Below, in pieces: positions 15,624 to 25,377 of a DNA stretch of 43,790 nt. Location of the stretch: the sequence record SRR20825006_2049; one strand, written 5' to 3'. Both the position numbers and the translations under genes were made by a program. Under the pieces are notes generated by a model. The model did not search any database. It was not told where the DNA came from and saw only the letters and a list, made by a program, of their open reading frames with translations. Position 1 is the stretch's first letter; each line of letters starts with the position of its first letter.

Positions 15624-17009
15624 TTAATGTTTAAGCTCAACATTGACTTGCGGAGTATCTTTAGAAAACTCTTCCTTTAAAATTACTTTTAATTCATCAA
15701 CTTTCTTAGGTTGTTCTAAAGCTATATTTTGGGTTTCTGAAGGATCACTTTCAATATCATACAATTCAAAATCGGCTTGACCTTCAAGGTGGCGCGTTCT
15801 AATAAGTTTAAACGGCGGAACAATCAAAGATTCTTGCAAATGACCTCGAGTGTAAATAGGCTTTTTGCGGGCGCTCGGTGATGAAATTAGTGATTTTTCG
15901 ACCGATTCCCCTTCTACCGAAGGCGGTATTGCTGTGGCCTGCGCCCATTGTAAAAAGGTAGGCATCCAGTCAGAGACATTAATATAATTTGAAGACGAAC
16001 CTTTGGCATTGAGTTTCGGCCAAGAAAAAATTGCAGGAACACGAAGGGCTCCTTCATAGTTAGAAGTTTTAAAATCCCTCAACGGTAGATTACTGCCCAG
16101 AGTATAATTAGGACCATACTTACCCTCATATTGAGTGGTAGGAATCCATTGTTCTTGAGCTCCGTTATCGCTTATAAAAAGAATTATGGTATTTTCAGCT
16201 CTTTGAGTTTGCTTTAATTTCTGCAGCACTTTGCCAATGCCGTGATCCATATGACTCATTGCAGCGGCATAAGCGCGTCGTGAACTGTCTGCAATTGAAC
16301 TGTACTGTTCTAACCATTCTTGAGGCTCCTGCAACGGAATATGTGGTGCGCTGTATGCCAACTGCAGGTAAAAGGGTTTTCCGGGATTCAGAGTGTCTAA
16401 ATAATGTATTGCGCCGGCAGTAAGTAAATCTGTTACGTGCCCTACTTCGGTAATGAATTTTCCATTTTTATACCAGGTGCTGTCGCCATTTTTATAAGTA
16501 TGCGCATACTGATCTAGTTGACCGTGTAAAAATCCGTAGGAAAAATCAAATCCATAGGCTTCGGGACCACTTTCGGGTTTTAGGCCTAAATGCCATTTAC
16601 CCATTAATGCTGTGTTGTAGTTAAGCGCACCAATCGCTTGAGGTAAGGTTGTAATGCTATCCGGTAGATTGAGTTCACTGCGACCACTTATAGGAGCTAC
16701 GATGCCCATTCTGCTTGCCGGACGCCCGGTTAAGAAACTAGCGCGAGCAGGGGAGCAGGTGGGGTAGGTGTAGTAACGTTCTAAAAGAAGTCCTTGCGTG
16801 GCTAGACTGTCTAAAGTAGGCGTTTTGATTTCTGAACCATGAATCCCTAAATCATTCCAGCCCGCGTCATCAGCGATAATGACTAAAAAGTTCGGTTTAT
16901 CAGTGGAAACTTCAGATTTAGTACTGTGATTTTCCTTGCAAGAAACATTCACTAAAATGGACACTATGCAAGAAAAGAATAAATAGAAAATTGATGAGAA
17001 TCTTGGCAT
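15624..17009 (-). CDS. Formylglycine-dependent (S1) sulfatase, Cys-type, lipoprotein
   Basis: Motifs PNFLVIIADD, CSPARASFLTGR, GKWHLG, APH.PLQ, SDNG and ELYD...DPSE; lipobox NVSC. Confidence 0.93.
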   Translation of the reverse strand: MPRFSSIFYLFFSCIVSILVNVSCKENHSTKSEVSTDKPNFLVIIADDAGWNDLGIHGSEIKTPTLDSLATQGLLLERYYTYPTCSPARASFLTGRPASRMGIVAPISGRSELNLPDSITTLPQAIGALNYNTALMGKWHLGLKPESGPEAYGFDFSYGFLHGQLDQYAHTYKNGDSTWYKNGKFITEVGHVTDLLTAGAIHYLDTLNPGKPFYLQLAYSAPHIPLQEPQEWLEQYSSIADSSRRAYAAAMSHMDHGIGKVLQKLKQTQRAENTIILFISDNGAQEQWIPTTQYEGKYGPNYTLGSNLPLRDFKTSNYEGALRVPAIFSWPKLNAKGSSSNYINVSDWMPTFLQWAQATAIPPSVEGESVEKSLISSPSARKKPIYTRGHLQESLIVPPFKLIRTRHLEGQADFELYDIESDPSETQNIALEQPKKVDELKVILKEEFSKDTPQVNVELKH

Positions 17010-17047
17010 AGGCTGTAATGAATAGTGTTTAATTAAAGGAAGCTATT

Positions 17048-17092
17048 CAAAGTTAGCGATCAAGCTAAGGTATTCTATCCTGTTCTCTCCTG
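17048..17092 (-). promoter_or_regulatory. Promoter of the sulfatase-DUF4861-rhaM unit: CAGG-N6-CAGGATAG-N19-TAACTTTG
   Basis: -7 element at 17048-17055 and CAGGATAG at 17075-17082 on the minus strand, with the same spacing as at 32485-32519 and 35202-35236. Confidence 0.7.
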
Positions 17093-17121
17093 TGTGTTTG
17101 CAGAGATTCACAAACTGCTGT

Positions 17122-17155
17122 AAAACAACAATGCCGCGGTGTTACCCGCAGCATT
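17122..17155 (-). terminator. Intrinsic terminator after the distal susD
   Basis: The minus strand reads AATGCTGCGG-GTAACA-CCGCGGCATT-GTTGTTTT, with a wobble pair valid on the minus strand. Confidence 0.7.
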
Positions 17156-17202
17156 ATCGTCTCAAAATTAGAATTAAATCTAAACACAAACAAAATCGTT
17201 AG

Positions 17203-18963
17203 TTACTCTTCATCGTTCCATACAAAAGGGAGGTACCAATTTTCTTGAGACATTAATTTGGTACGAACGGCAGAAGCTTCTGCACTGCCTTGCGCATTCA
17301 ATTTAGCATAGATCTTATCAGCTAAAAATGCAGGATCGTTACGATGTATTGCTACCCGCACTAAGTCCCCCCAGCGATTGCCTTCAAAAGCAAGTTCGAG
17401 CGCAGCTTCTTCAATTAAATTATTTTCTATGGAAATCAAGCTGTCCCCATACACCGGCGCACGTTCGAGATAGGCTCTACCTCGCAGACCACCGTTGCGA
17501 TACCAATTTCCTCTGTAGAATGGGAAATCACCTTGTCGCGCATCAAAATCATAAGGAAACGGAAGATTCGTCTGTTCTATATCTGTCACATCTTCAACGC
17601 CTTCAACGGTATATTCATTTTGTAAACCATAGTTGAGTAAAGCATCAGCGAGACGGTGTTGCCCATCGCGGTTTGCCGCTTCAGCATAACGTAAATGCAA
17701 TTTTGCTGCACGATATAGAAACCATCTACCATCACGCTGAAATACATCTACCGGTAATTGACTTACGGGGTCTAAGTAGTTATATAAATACTTCATGATA
17801 ACCGGATCGCCGTTAATCATAGAGTAAGAGAACTTAGAACCGCGGGCATCATAAGGAAACCCGTTGAGCTGCGTTTGATCTTCCCACAAATTCATCGCTT
17901 CTTGAGACGGCTTGAGTAAGTAGTTGCCATTCTGATTAGAAAATAAATTGATGAACGGGTTTTCAGGCGCAAAGCTGGAGTCAAAGGGTAGTGACCAGAT
18001 CCACTCGGTGTTCCATAAGGCATCAGGCTCTCTAGAAAACATAGAACGCCAACCTTGTGTATTGTTATTGATCAGTGCCTGAGCATCTTGCTCGCGGTAA
18101 CGTATATAACCTACAGCTAAGTCATTATTGCTTGCGATCTCAGCATATTTTACGCGGTATACATCATAGCGTTCAGAGTCGCTACCACTGTCTGAGGCGG
18201 TTTCTAAAACCACTTTGTAGTGCGATGCTGCCTGCACATAATTGCCTCGCCACAAATGTAAATCACCCAGCAAACATTCTTTATTGATGAAAAATTTCCC
18301 GGTGTTATACCCATCAACATCTATGAGTAAGGTACTATTAGCACTGTAAGTATCTGTGTAAGGCAAGCCTTCGGTGAATGTGATGAGCTCATTTAATAAT
18401 TCCTCAAATTGAATGCGTGGATATTGATTGAGGTTGCGAATATCGTTTAGGTTCTCGACCGGCTCCGTGATGTAAGGCACCTGACCGTAGTGAATTCCTA
18501 ATTGTAAGTATAACCAACTTCTTAAAGTTCCTATATCTGAGTAGCGCTCATTATATTCATTACTGTCTAATCTGTTATCAGCGCGCATAAGATCAAAATT
18601 CTTCAGCGCATCGTTACAATTGTTGATTACCTCATAGAAATCTTTCGGGCTTGCGTATGGGTTTTCGGCGGTTACGCTATGTTCGCTGAGTTGTGTGTAA
18701 AATGGACCAGCATTATAGGTAGGGCTTACTAAATCTGCACGCAATTCGTTAAGAACAACGTATTTTTCTGCAAGTCCCATAAACTTTCCATAGATACCCA
18801 CCACAGCGGCATCTGCGTCAAAAACATCGCGATAAACCTGATCTTGATTCAGTTGGTCCTGAGGTTCCACATCCAAATATTCTTGACAAGAACCTAATCC
18901 TAAGAGCAATGCAAGAGCCCCAAGCTTTAGCGTATATTTTGTATTTGTAAATAGTGTCATCAT
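17203..18963 (-). CDS. susD: SusD/RagB family glycan-binding lipoprotein
   Basis: Lipobox LGSC followed by QEYLDVEP, motifs Y..INNCN and ELAFEGNRWGDLVR, directly downstream of a susC. Confidence 0.9.
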   Translation of the reverse strand: MMTLFTNTKYTLKLGALALLLGLGSCQEYLDVEPQDQLNQDQVYRDVFDADAAVVGIYGKFMGLAEKYVVLNELRADLVSPTYNAGPFYTQLSEHSVTAENPYASPKDFYEVINNCNDALKNFDLMRADNRLDSNEYNERYSDIGTLRSWLYLQLGIHYGQVPYITEPVENLNDIRNLNQYPRIQFEELLNELITFTEGLPYTDTYSANSTLLIDVDGYNTGKFFINKECLLGDLHLWRGNYVQAASHYKVVLETASDSGSDSERYDVYRVKYAEIASNNDLAVGYIRYREQDAQALINNNTQGWRSMFSREPDALWNTEWIWSLPFDSSFAPENPFINLFSNQNGNYLLKPSQEAMNLWEDQTQLNGFPYDARGSKFSYSMINGDPVIMKYLYNYLDPVSQLPVDVFQRDGRWFLYRAAKLHLRYAEAANRDGQHRLADALLNYGLQNEYTVEGVEDVTDIEQTNLPFPYDFDARQGDFPFYRGNWYRNGGLRGRAYLERAPVYGDSLISIENNLIEEAALELAFEGNRWGDLVRVAIHRNDPAFLADKIYAKLNAQGSAEASAVRTKLMSQENWYLPFVWNDEE

Positions 18964-18975
18964 CTCTTTCTTAAA

Positions 18976-21900
18976 TTATAGTCCTAGTCTTAAACCCATT
19001 TGTATTGTAGTAAACTGAGGCATTAACCCCAGATCTGCTCCTTGACCAAAAATGGAAGAAGTCGCACTGAACTCAGGATCGTAGCCTAAATAATCAGTCA
19101 GCGTAAACAGGTTATTTGCCGAAGCATATACTTTAAACGATTTTATATGTTCTAGATCTATTGAAACATCATAGGCCACCACGAGGGTTTTAAGTCGTAA
19201 ATAAGAGCCATCCTCAATCCAGCGATCAGAAAATGAAGCGTTGCCTAATGGATCGCCCCAAACTGCTCTGGGTATTGTAGTCTGCTGACCTTCTGCAACC
19301 CAGCGATTGTTTACAGCGATGGTCTGGTTCTCATAACCACTCATTTTCTCAAGATTATAGCGTACACCATTGTAAAGATCATTACCTAGCGAAAAATTGA
19401 ATAAGCTCGAAATGCTTAAGCGTTTCCATTTAAAGTTAGCGCTGAAACTTCCAAAAAGATCCGGATTAGGATTTCCTATTACAACCCGATCATCATCGTC
19501 AATAATGCCGTCATTGTTTAAATCTGTAAAAATGACATCACCACCACTAAAAGCACGTAGCGCACCATTTTCCATTCTTCTACTTAACCCTGCGGCTTGA
19601 GCTTCGGCAGTAGTTGCATAAACACCGTTAGTCTCATACCCAAAAAATAAATTAGCATCCTGACCTTCGTGCGTGATGTAGGTTGCGCCACCAAATTCAG
19701 AAATAATAGGTCCCGATGGTAAACCGGTCACCTCATTGACGTAGCGCGAAAGGTTAAGTCCTAAATCAAACTTAACATCAGAAGTATTTACCAGTCGGGT
19801 ATTCAGGCTTAAGTCAATACCTTGTGTTTGCATATCGCCACTGTTAGAAACTACATAGTTAAAACCGCTTGTGGTATTAACCGGCTCGTAAGTGATCATA
19901 TCAGAAGTCTTATTTTGATACACATCAACTGAAGCATTAAAGCGCTCATTAAATAAGCTCAAGTCAAGACCTAAATTCAGTTTAGATACCGTTTCCCATT
20001 TGAGTTCGGGATTCCCAATATTTCCGCGAACGAGGCCTTGAATCCCTAAAAGATTCTGGGATACATAGAGCTGCTGTGAAGTAAAATTGCCAATATCATC
20101 GTTACCGCTTACTCCGTAGCTTGCTCTCAATTTTAAAAGGTCTAAAGCCGAAGCATTTTTAAAAATATCCTCTGAAGAAAGCAGCCACGCTCCTGATACA
20201 GACCCTAAGGCTGCAAATTGAGAATCTCCAATGTTGAAGCCTCCATTTTGAATATCATCTCCAAAGCGACTAGAACTATCAATTGCTCCATTCAGCGTTA
20301 AATAATATTTGTTGAGGTAATCATATTCTGCGCTGAGGTAGCCGTTGATCCACTTCCATTCGCCTAAAGAACCTCCTACCACACGAAGTAAATTGCTCCC
20401 GGCGCCCACTGTCGTAAAATCATCTGTAGCCGAATTGAATCCAAGACCTAGATCGCTTTCAGATTCGTTACTTTGTGTTCTAAAACCTAATCTGAGATCT
20501 AAACCGTGCGTATTATTGAAGCGTTTTCCATAATTCAAAAAGGTGTCAGTATACAGAGAGTATAAACGTTGTACTTCACTACCGCTGCGGTTGTTACCTA
20601 TTGCCGTAGGTAAAATAACATCTGCCACACCAAAATCAGGTATAAAGAAAGACTCTCGTTCTTTGTTATAAGTAAGCCCAACCAGCATATTAGCCTGTAG
20701 ATTTTCGGCGATGCTATAATTGAAGTCCAGATTCCCGTAAAAGCGATAATTTTTATTAATGCCAATTCCGTTCTCAATAATTGCAAGCGGATTTCCCACA
20801 TTAAATAGATCAACATCAGATAAATTAGGAGAAACTTCTCCGGCTGCATTGATCACATTTATTGCTGTAAATGGAGCTTTAGTAAGTGCCAGATACATTG
20901 GGCTGGTTTTGTACGCTAAACCTTGATCTCGTAAGTGCTCTGTATTATGTATAAAGGAAAGATTTGCGTTTACGGTCAGTTTTTCGGTCAATCTAAGTGC
21001 AGCATTCAGGCGGGTGTTATACCGCTCAAGGCCTGTATTTCTGATTACACCTTCGCTGTTGAGATAACCTACCGAAAGGCCATACTTTGCAATATCATCA
21101 CCTCCTCTAATTTTTAAAAAATAGTTTTGGTTTGCACTGCTTTTAAAAACCTGATCTTGCCAGTTGGTTTGATTATGATAGGCATAGTAATTCTCACTTT
21201 GTCGATCATCATTCATCCAAGGGTAATTGGCTATTTGTTGCTGAGTATCACCGCGTGTGGCAACAAGCTGAGACAAATAGGTTCTGTAGTCTCCTGACCG
21301 CAATACCGGCAGTTCATTAGGTTCTTGGTTGATTCCACCGTACATCGTAAAATCTATTTTTGTACTTAGATCAACCGGTCGGGTGGTGGTTATGATGATC
21401 ACCCCGTTAGCTCCTTTGGTTCCGTAAATTGAAGAACCATCTTTCAAAACAGTTATATCTTCAATGTCTTTTACCTCTAGCATAGAAAGGGGCGAAGAGC
21501 CGGTATGCTGAATGATTCCAGATCCATAATCTTCATCATCGTAGATCATACCGTCCACAATAAGTAAAGGTTTATTTGTAGCATAAAGCGAATTGAAACC
21601 TCGTAGTGTAAGATTTGCGCCCGCTCCCGGAACGCCAGATTTACGTACACTGTTGAGGCCGGCTACACGCCCTTGTAAAAAATCTGCAACCGACTCATTA
21701 ACCGGGTTGCCCCATTGTCCTTCAGAAAAGTTTACCGTAGTGGCAGCCTTTGGATTAGTATATTGTAAAGCTTGCCCTCCCGGTAATTCTGAATTTTGAT
21801 AAAACTGAGAATAGTTGGCTTCATAAAGCGAAATTTCAATTCCGCTAGATCTGTTGTTTAGCGGGTATACTTTACTTTGAAACTCTTGACCGCTAATGCT

Positions 21901-22188
21901 AAGTAGCGCATTTAGGTGCGGCACATTTATAGAAAAACTTCCATCTTCATTACTGATGGCAGCAGAAAAATTAGGCACGGCGATGTTTATTCCAGAAATG
22001 CCTTTACCGTTTGCAGCATTTTTAATAATTCCTGTTACTGCAATTCCTTTTGAAGACTCAGAAGCTACATCAGTAGTGTCAGCAGTACTTTGAGCATAGA
22101 GCCCTTGAGTAACTCCCCCATAGAGAAACAAGCATAAAATACAGGTTAGTTGTAATATTTTGAGCATAACTATTGGTTTAAAAGACAT
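18976..22188 (-). CDS. susC: SusC/RagA TonB-dependent transporter (atypical TonB-box region)
   Basis: Motifs LQGRVAGL, PLLIVDG, IEDITVLKD..SIYG.KGANGVIIITT, NPELKWET and EDGSYLRLK. TAATG overlap with the upstream gene. Confidence 0.93.
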   Translation of the reverse strand: MSFKPIVMLKILQLTCILCLFLYGGVTQGLYAQSTADTTDVASESSKGIAVTGIIKNAANGKGISGINIAVPNFSAAISNEDGSFSINVPHLNALLSISGQEFQSKVYPLNNRSSGIEISLYEANYSQFYQNSELPGGQALQYTNPKAATTVNFSEGQWGNPVNESVADFLQGRVAGLNSVRKSGVPGAGANLTLRGFNSLYATNKPLLIVDGMIYDDEDYGSGIIQHTGSSPLSMLEVKDIEDITVLKDGSSIYGTKGANGVIIITTTRPVDLSTKIDFTMYGGINQEPNELPVLRSGDYRTYLSQLVATRGDTQQQIANYPWMNDDRQSENYYAYHNQTNWQDQVFKSSANQNYFLKIRGGDDIAKYGLSVGYLNSEGVIRNTGLERYNTRLNAALRLTEKLTVNANLSFIHNTEHLRDQGLAYKTSPMYLALTKAPFTAINVINAAGEVSPNLSDVDLFNVGNPLAIIENGIGINKNYRFYGNLDFNYSIAENLQANMLVGLTYNKERESFFIPDFGVADVILPTAIGNNRSGSEVQRLYSLYTDTFLNYGKRFNNTHGLDLRLGFRTQSNESESDLGLGFNSATDDFTTVGAGSNLLRVVGGSLGEWKWINGYLSAEYDYLNKYYLTLNGAIDSSSRFGDDIQNGGFNIGDSQFAALGSVSGAWLLSSEDIFKNASALDLLKLRASYGVSGNDDIGNFTSQQLYVSQNLLGIQGLVRGNIGNPELKWETVSKLNLGLDLSLFNERFNASVDVYQNKTSDMITYEPVNTTSGFNYVVSNSGDMQTQGIDLSLNTRLVNTSDVKFDLGLNLSRYVNEVTGLPSGPIISEFGGATYITHEGQDANLFFGYETNGVYATTAEAQAAGLSRRMENGALRAFSGGDVIFTDLNNDGIIDDDDRVVIGNPNPDLFGSFSANFKWKRLSISSLFNFSLGNDLYNGVRYNLEKMSGYENQTIAVNNRWVAEGQQTTIPRAVWGDPLGNASFSDRWIEDGSYLRLKTLVVAYDVSIDLEHIKSFKVYASANNLFTLTDYLGYDPEFSATSSIFGQGADLGLMPQFTTIQMGLRLGL

Positions 22189-23645
22189 TACTTAATTACG
22201 GGCACTAGTTTTAAATAATCTAAAGTCAGGGTATTAGCACCTGTAGAGCTTGTGTTGGCTGCAATCAGTGAGATCAGGTCAAGCATTCCGGCCTGGTCCA
22301 GAGTGAATTCGCCAATATAAACCTCCTCATACGTATTAGGAGGAACATCAGTATAATCAAGGGTAGCAATAGGATCTGTCACTGTACCATCTTCTTGAAT
22401 AGTGCCGCCAAACCTTAAGCGTTGTTGAAACGTGTTTGATTGTATATCATTGATCGCGCGCCAGTAAACCTCGTAAGTCGTGCTATAAAGATTGTTAGCA
22501 TTATAGTAGATAGAGAACAATGGGACTTCGTGGTTTTGCACCATGATGTCATAAAACAGTTCTCCGTCAGGATCTTCTTTTTCGCGATAATAGGTGTTCC
22601 CACGCTTGTCACCTTGACTAAAACCTGATGGTTCTTCACCTTCAATTAGCGTAGTCAGCAAACGGGTCTCTAAAGGCACGTCTAAACTGCGCATAACATA
22701 CACAATCCCATTACTCAACTGCACTTCTTCAACGATAGCATCTGTATCTATAGGGACTTTAACACCAAACTTTGAAGTGAGTGTATCTGGCAAATTTTGA
22801 CGAGCAATTGCTTTGTGAAATGCTAAGTCCCGTACAGTGAAATAGCTGGCATAGGTAGTGGTAGAATCTTCGTTGCTTTTTATCAAATAAGGTTCAAGCT
22901 TTTGAACTTCGCTTTGATAGGCTTCATCTTCCATCAAGAAAAAGGTATACTTATTCTGCTCATTGTTGAGGTTGTAAACATTGGTGAAAAACGAATTGGT
23001 CAAAGAATCTGAAAAGAGTTCAGGCATAAGTGCTGCAGTTGCTTTAGCAGTGCTATCACTTTGATATAGGTTGAATTCATTCAGATCAATCAAAAAGGAG
23101 CTCATAGCATTTGCCGAAGCATCAGTGTTTAAATATTCCCAAATATTTTGTTTAGGCACTAAAGCCTTGTCGATCACGTGAAATAAGCCATTTGAAGCAT
23201 ATTGATCTGCGGTAACGACATCGGCATCAGCCATTACAGATCCATTTTTAAATTCTAAATACTTGTGCGAAAGCATTTGCACCGTTAAGGTGTCGGCTTC
23301 AGTAACCGATGAGAAGGCGGTAAGCGCAATATGATTCTCAATAAAAAGCTTTTTCGCCGAAGCGTCAGCCAATGCGTCTGCTTCAATAGTTGCCATCGCT
23401 TCATTAGTAGGCGCCCAAACCGTGTAGGTTTTAGAACCTGCCAGAACTTTATCATAACCGGTTTCTTCTAAAAGCGCACCAAATTCTGAAGTTTCTGCGG
23501 TAGCAGTAATACGTTGATTTAAAGTAGCATTTAGATTTACATCAGTTGTAGCGCTATGTTCTTCCCACGGATCAGAGCACGACAGCATTGCCAGAAGGGC
23601 GATGCCGGCAGTAAAAATGCGTGTATGTTTATTTAGATAGATCAT
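22188..23645 (-). CDS. Fasciclin (FAS1) domain lipoprotein with a C-terminal beta-sandwich
   Basis: FAS1 H1/H2 motifs YTVWAPTNEAM, ASNGLFHVIDKAL and LSNGIVYVM; lipobox MLSC. The start is more likely 23645 (or 23684) than 23711. Confidence 0.82.
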   Translation of the reverse strand: MIYLNKHTRIFTAGIALLAMLSCSDPWEEHSATTDVNLNATLNQRITATAETSEFGALLEETGYDKVLAGSKTYTVWAPTNEAMATIEADALADASAKKLFIENHIALTAFSSVTEADTLTVQMLSHKYLEFKNGSVMADADVVTADQYASNGLFHVIDKALVPKQNIWEYLNTDASANAMSSFLIDLNEFNLYQSDSTAKATAALMPELFSDSLTNSFFTNVYNLNNEQNKYTFFLMEDEAYQSEVQKLEPYLIKSNEDSTTTYASYFTVRDLAFHKAIARQNLPDTLTSKFGVKVPIDTDAIVEEVQLSNGIVYVMRSLDVPLETRLLTTLIEGEEPSGFSQGDKRGNTYYREKEDPDGELFYDIMVQNHEVPLFSIYYNANNLYSTTYEVYWRAINDIQSNTFQQRLRFGGTIQEDGTVTDPIATLDYTDVPPNTYEEVYIGEFTLDQAGMLDLISLIAANTSSTGANTLTLDYLKLVPVIK

Positions 23646-23676
23646 CCTTTTATGGAATTGTTTAGTGTGTTTGATT

Positions 23677-25368
23677 TTATTCATAAATGAGTCCGTCGCC
23701 TCCTGCTTCAAATTTTGGATACAGCTGATCCATATCTACAGGCCTGAATTCGATAACATCAATCCAAGATTGTCCACCGGCATAAGCAAGCGACTCCAAA
23801 GTAATGGTGTGTCTTCCTGTGGTAGGCACTTCAACAATACCAGCTAATCGCGAATTAAATCTGCTGGTGGTAACACTCAAGTGACGCTTATATCCCTGAG
23901 ATTCCAGGACACGCTCAGGAAGTTCGGTATTACCGTATTCGGTAAAATTGATCAGGCGTGGTAATGCTTCGCCGTTAAACAATACTCTTACAGAACTTGA
24001 TGCACGACCATTTTGACGATAGGAAACCCAAATTTTGTAGCGCCCTTTTATGATCACAGGTGTGGTAAAAGCCAGGTTGTTGATCACTCCGGTTCTATGT
24101 CTTAAAAGCTCTACAACATCACCGTGCCAAGCCTGAGAAAGCTGCGCTCCATCACCAGTGGCAGCAGCCAGATAGCCCATCTTAAAGGCTTCATTACCTT
24201 CCCAGGTTACTTCAGATAATTCTGATCTGGCCAACTCGGCATAGTTACCCGGTTTTCTAAACACGGCACTTAGTTGTCTGTATTCCGGTTGATCTGCAAC
24301 ATCAAAATATACAGGAGCCGGAAAACGTTTTTTAATAAAGAAATTATCATTTACATAGTGCAACACACCGTTAGACGCCGTAATATCACTTTGCGCTCTA
24401 TTGATCTGAACGCCCGGTTCAAAAATACCGTTGAAGGTTTCCTCATTGAGTAATAAAGAATCACTAGCAAGTTTTACACTGATTACTTCTAAAGGAGCTT
24501 TAGTGAGAACTACTGACTTTACCGCAAGGTCTGCCAAGTAATCTAACTCAGGAATTATGCGGTAGGCCACAAATAGGTTTAAACTATCTTCTGGATTAGT
24601 AGGATCGTCAAGGTGGCTGTAACGTGCTTTTAAATCTTCGATAGAATTTAAGCCGGCCTCTTGAAAAATCGCATTGGTTTGTGCCAAAACGCTAACGTGG
24701 CTTGAAATACTGTCTTGGTCATAAGTGACCGGCTGATCTAAAACATCATACCATCCTGTTTCGCGTACCGCTTCAGCAAATAATGATAATTCCGGGTCTG
24801 CATCAATGGTTTCAGCCAGTGTCTTATCAGCAACACGAAGCGCCTTGTCAATCACGTGAATCACCCCATTACCTACTTCAAGATTTGACGTGATAATGCG
24901 CGAATCTTTGTTTATGGTAATACTTGATTCGCCATTGATATTAGAAGCCCCGGTGATCAAAAATTGACCTTGTAAGCTTGGCGTTGCGATTTTTCCATCA
25001 TTAAATTCAACAGTGGTCACAACATCAGAAAGTATGTGCAGCTTAGCAAGCTCTTGTAAATCTTCAAGCGGAACATCAGTTATACTTCCTGCGCCTACAT
25101 CTCCTAAAAAGCCTTCAATGGCCGCATTGGTAGGAAGAAATAGGGTATAGGTCCCGTAGGTATTCATAAAGGAAGCGTAGTCTGTCACCTCTAAAATCTC
25201 AAGGAATAGTGAATACTCCTCTTCGTTAGCTCTTAGAAATTCTGTAATATTTAGAGTCTCATCTGTAGACTCCTTATATTTTTCTTGAGTACACCCAAAA
25301 ACCATACTCGCTAAAGCTATAAGTATGAAGACTGATGTAAGTTTGAACCCTTTTAAATGTGTTTTCAT
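23677..25368 (-). CDS. Fasciclin domain lipoprotein (two FAS1 domains + C-terminal DUF5108/CBM-like domain)
   Basis: Motifs YTLFLPTNAAI, GNGVIHVIDKAL and ASNGVLHYVN; lipobox VFGC. Confidence 0.85.
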   Translation of the reverse strand: MKTHLKGFKLTSVFILIALASMVFGCTQEKYKESTDETLNITEFLRANEEEYSLFLEILEVTDYASFMNTYGTYTLFLPTNAAIEGFLGDVGAGSITDVPLEDLQELAKLHILSDVVTTVEFNDGKIATPSLQGQFLITGASNINGESSITINKDSRIITSNLEVGNGVIHVIDKALRVADKTLAETIDADPELSLFAEAVRETGWYDVLDQPVTYDQDSISSHVSVLAQTNAIFQEAGLNSIEDLKARYSHLDDPTNPEDSLNLFVAYRIIPELDYLADLAVKSVVLTKAPLEVISVKLASDSLLLNEETFNGIFEPGVQINRAQSDITASNGVLHYVNDNFFIKKRFPAPVYFDVADQPEYRQLSAVFRKPGNYAELARSELSEVTWEGNEAFKMGYLAAATGDGAQLSQAWHGDVVELLRHRTGVINNLAFTTPVIIKGRYKIWVSYRQNGRASSSVRVLFNGEALPRLINFTEYGNTELPERVLESQGYKRHLSVTTSRFNSRLAGIVEVPTTGRHTITLESLAYAGGQSWIDVIEFRPVDMDQLYPKFEAGGDGLIYE

Positions 25369-25377
25369 AGCTTGATA

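Noticed and set aside
23646-23711. N-terminal extension of the 507-aa fasciclin ORF
   Set aside because: It overlaps the upstream gene. ATG 23645 has an A-rich context and gives a typical signal length, although 23684 cannot be excluded.
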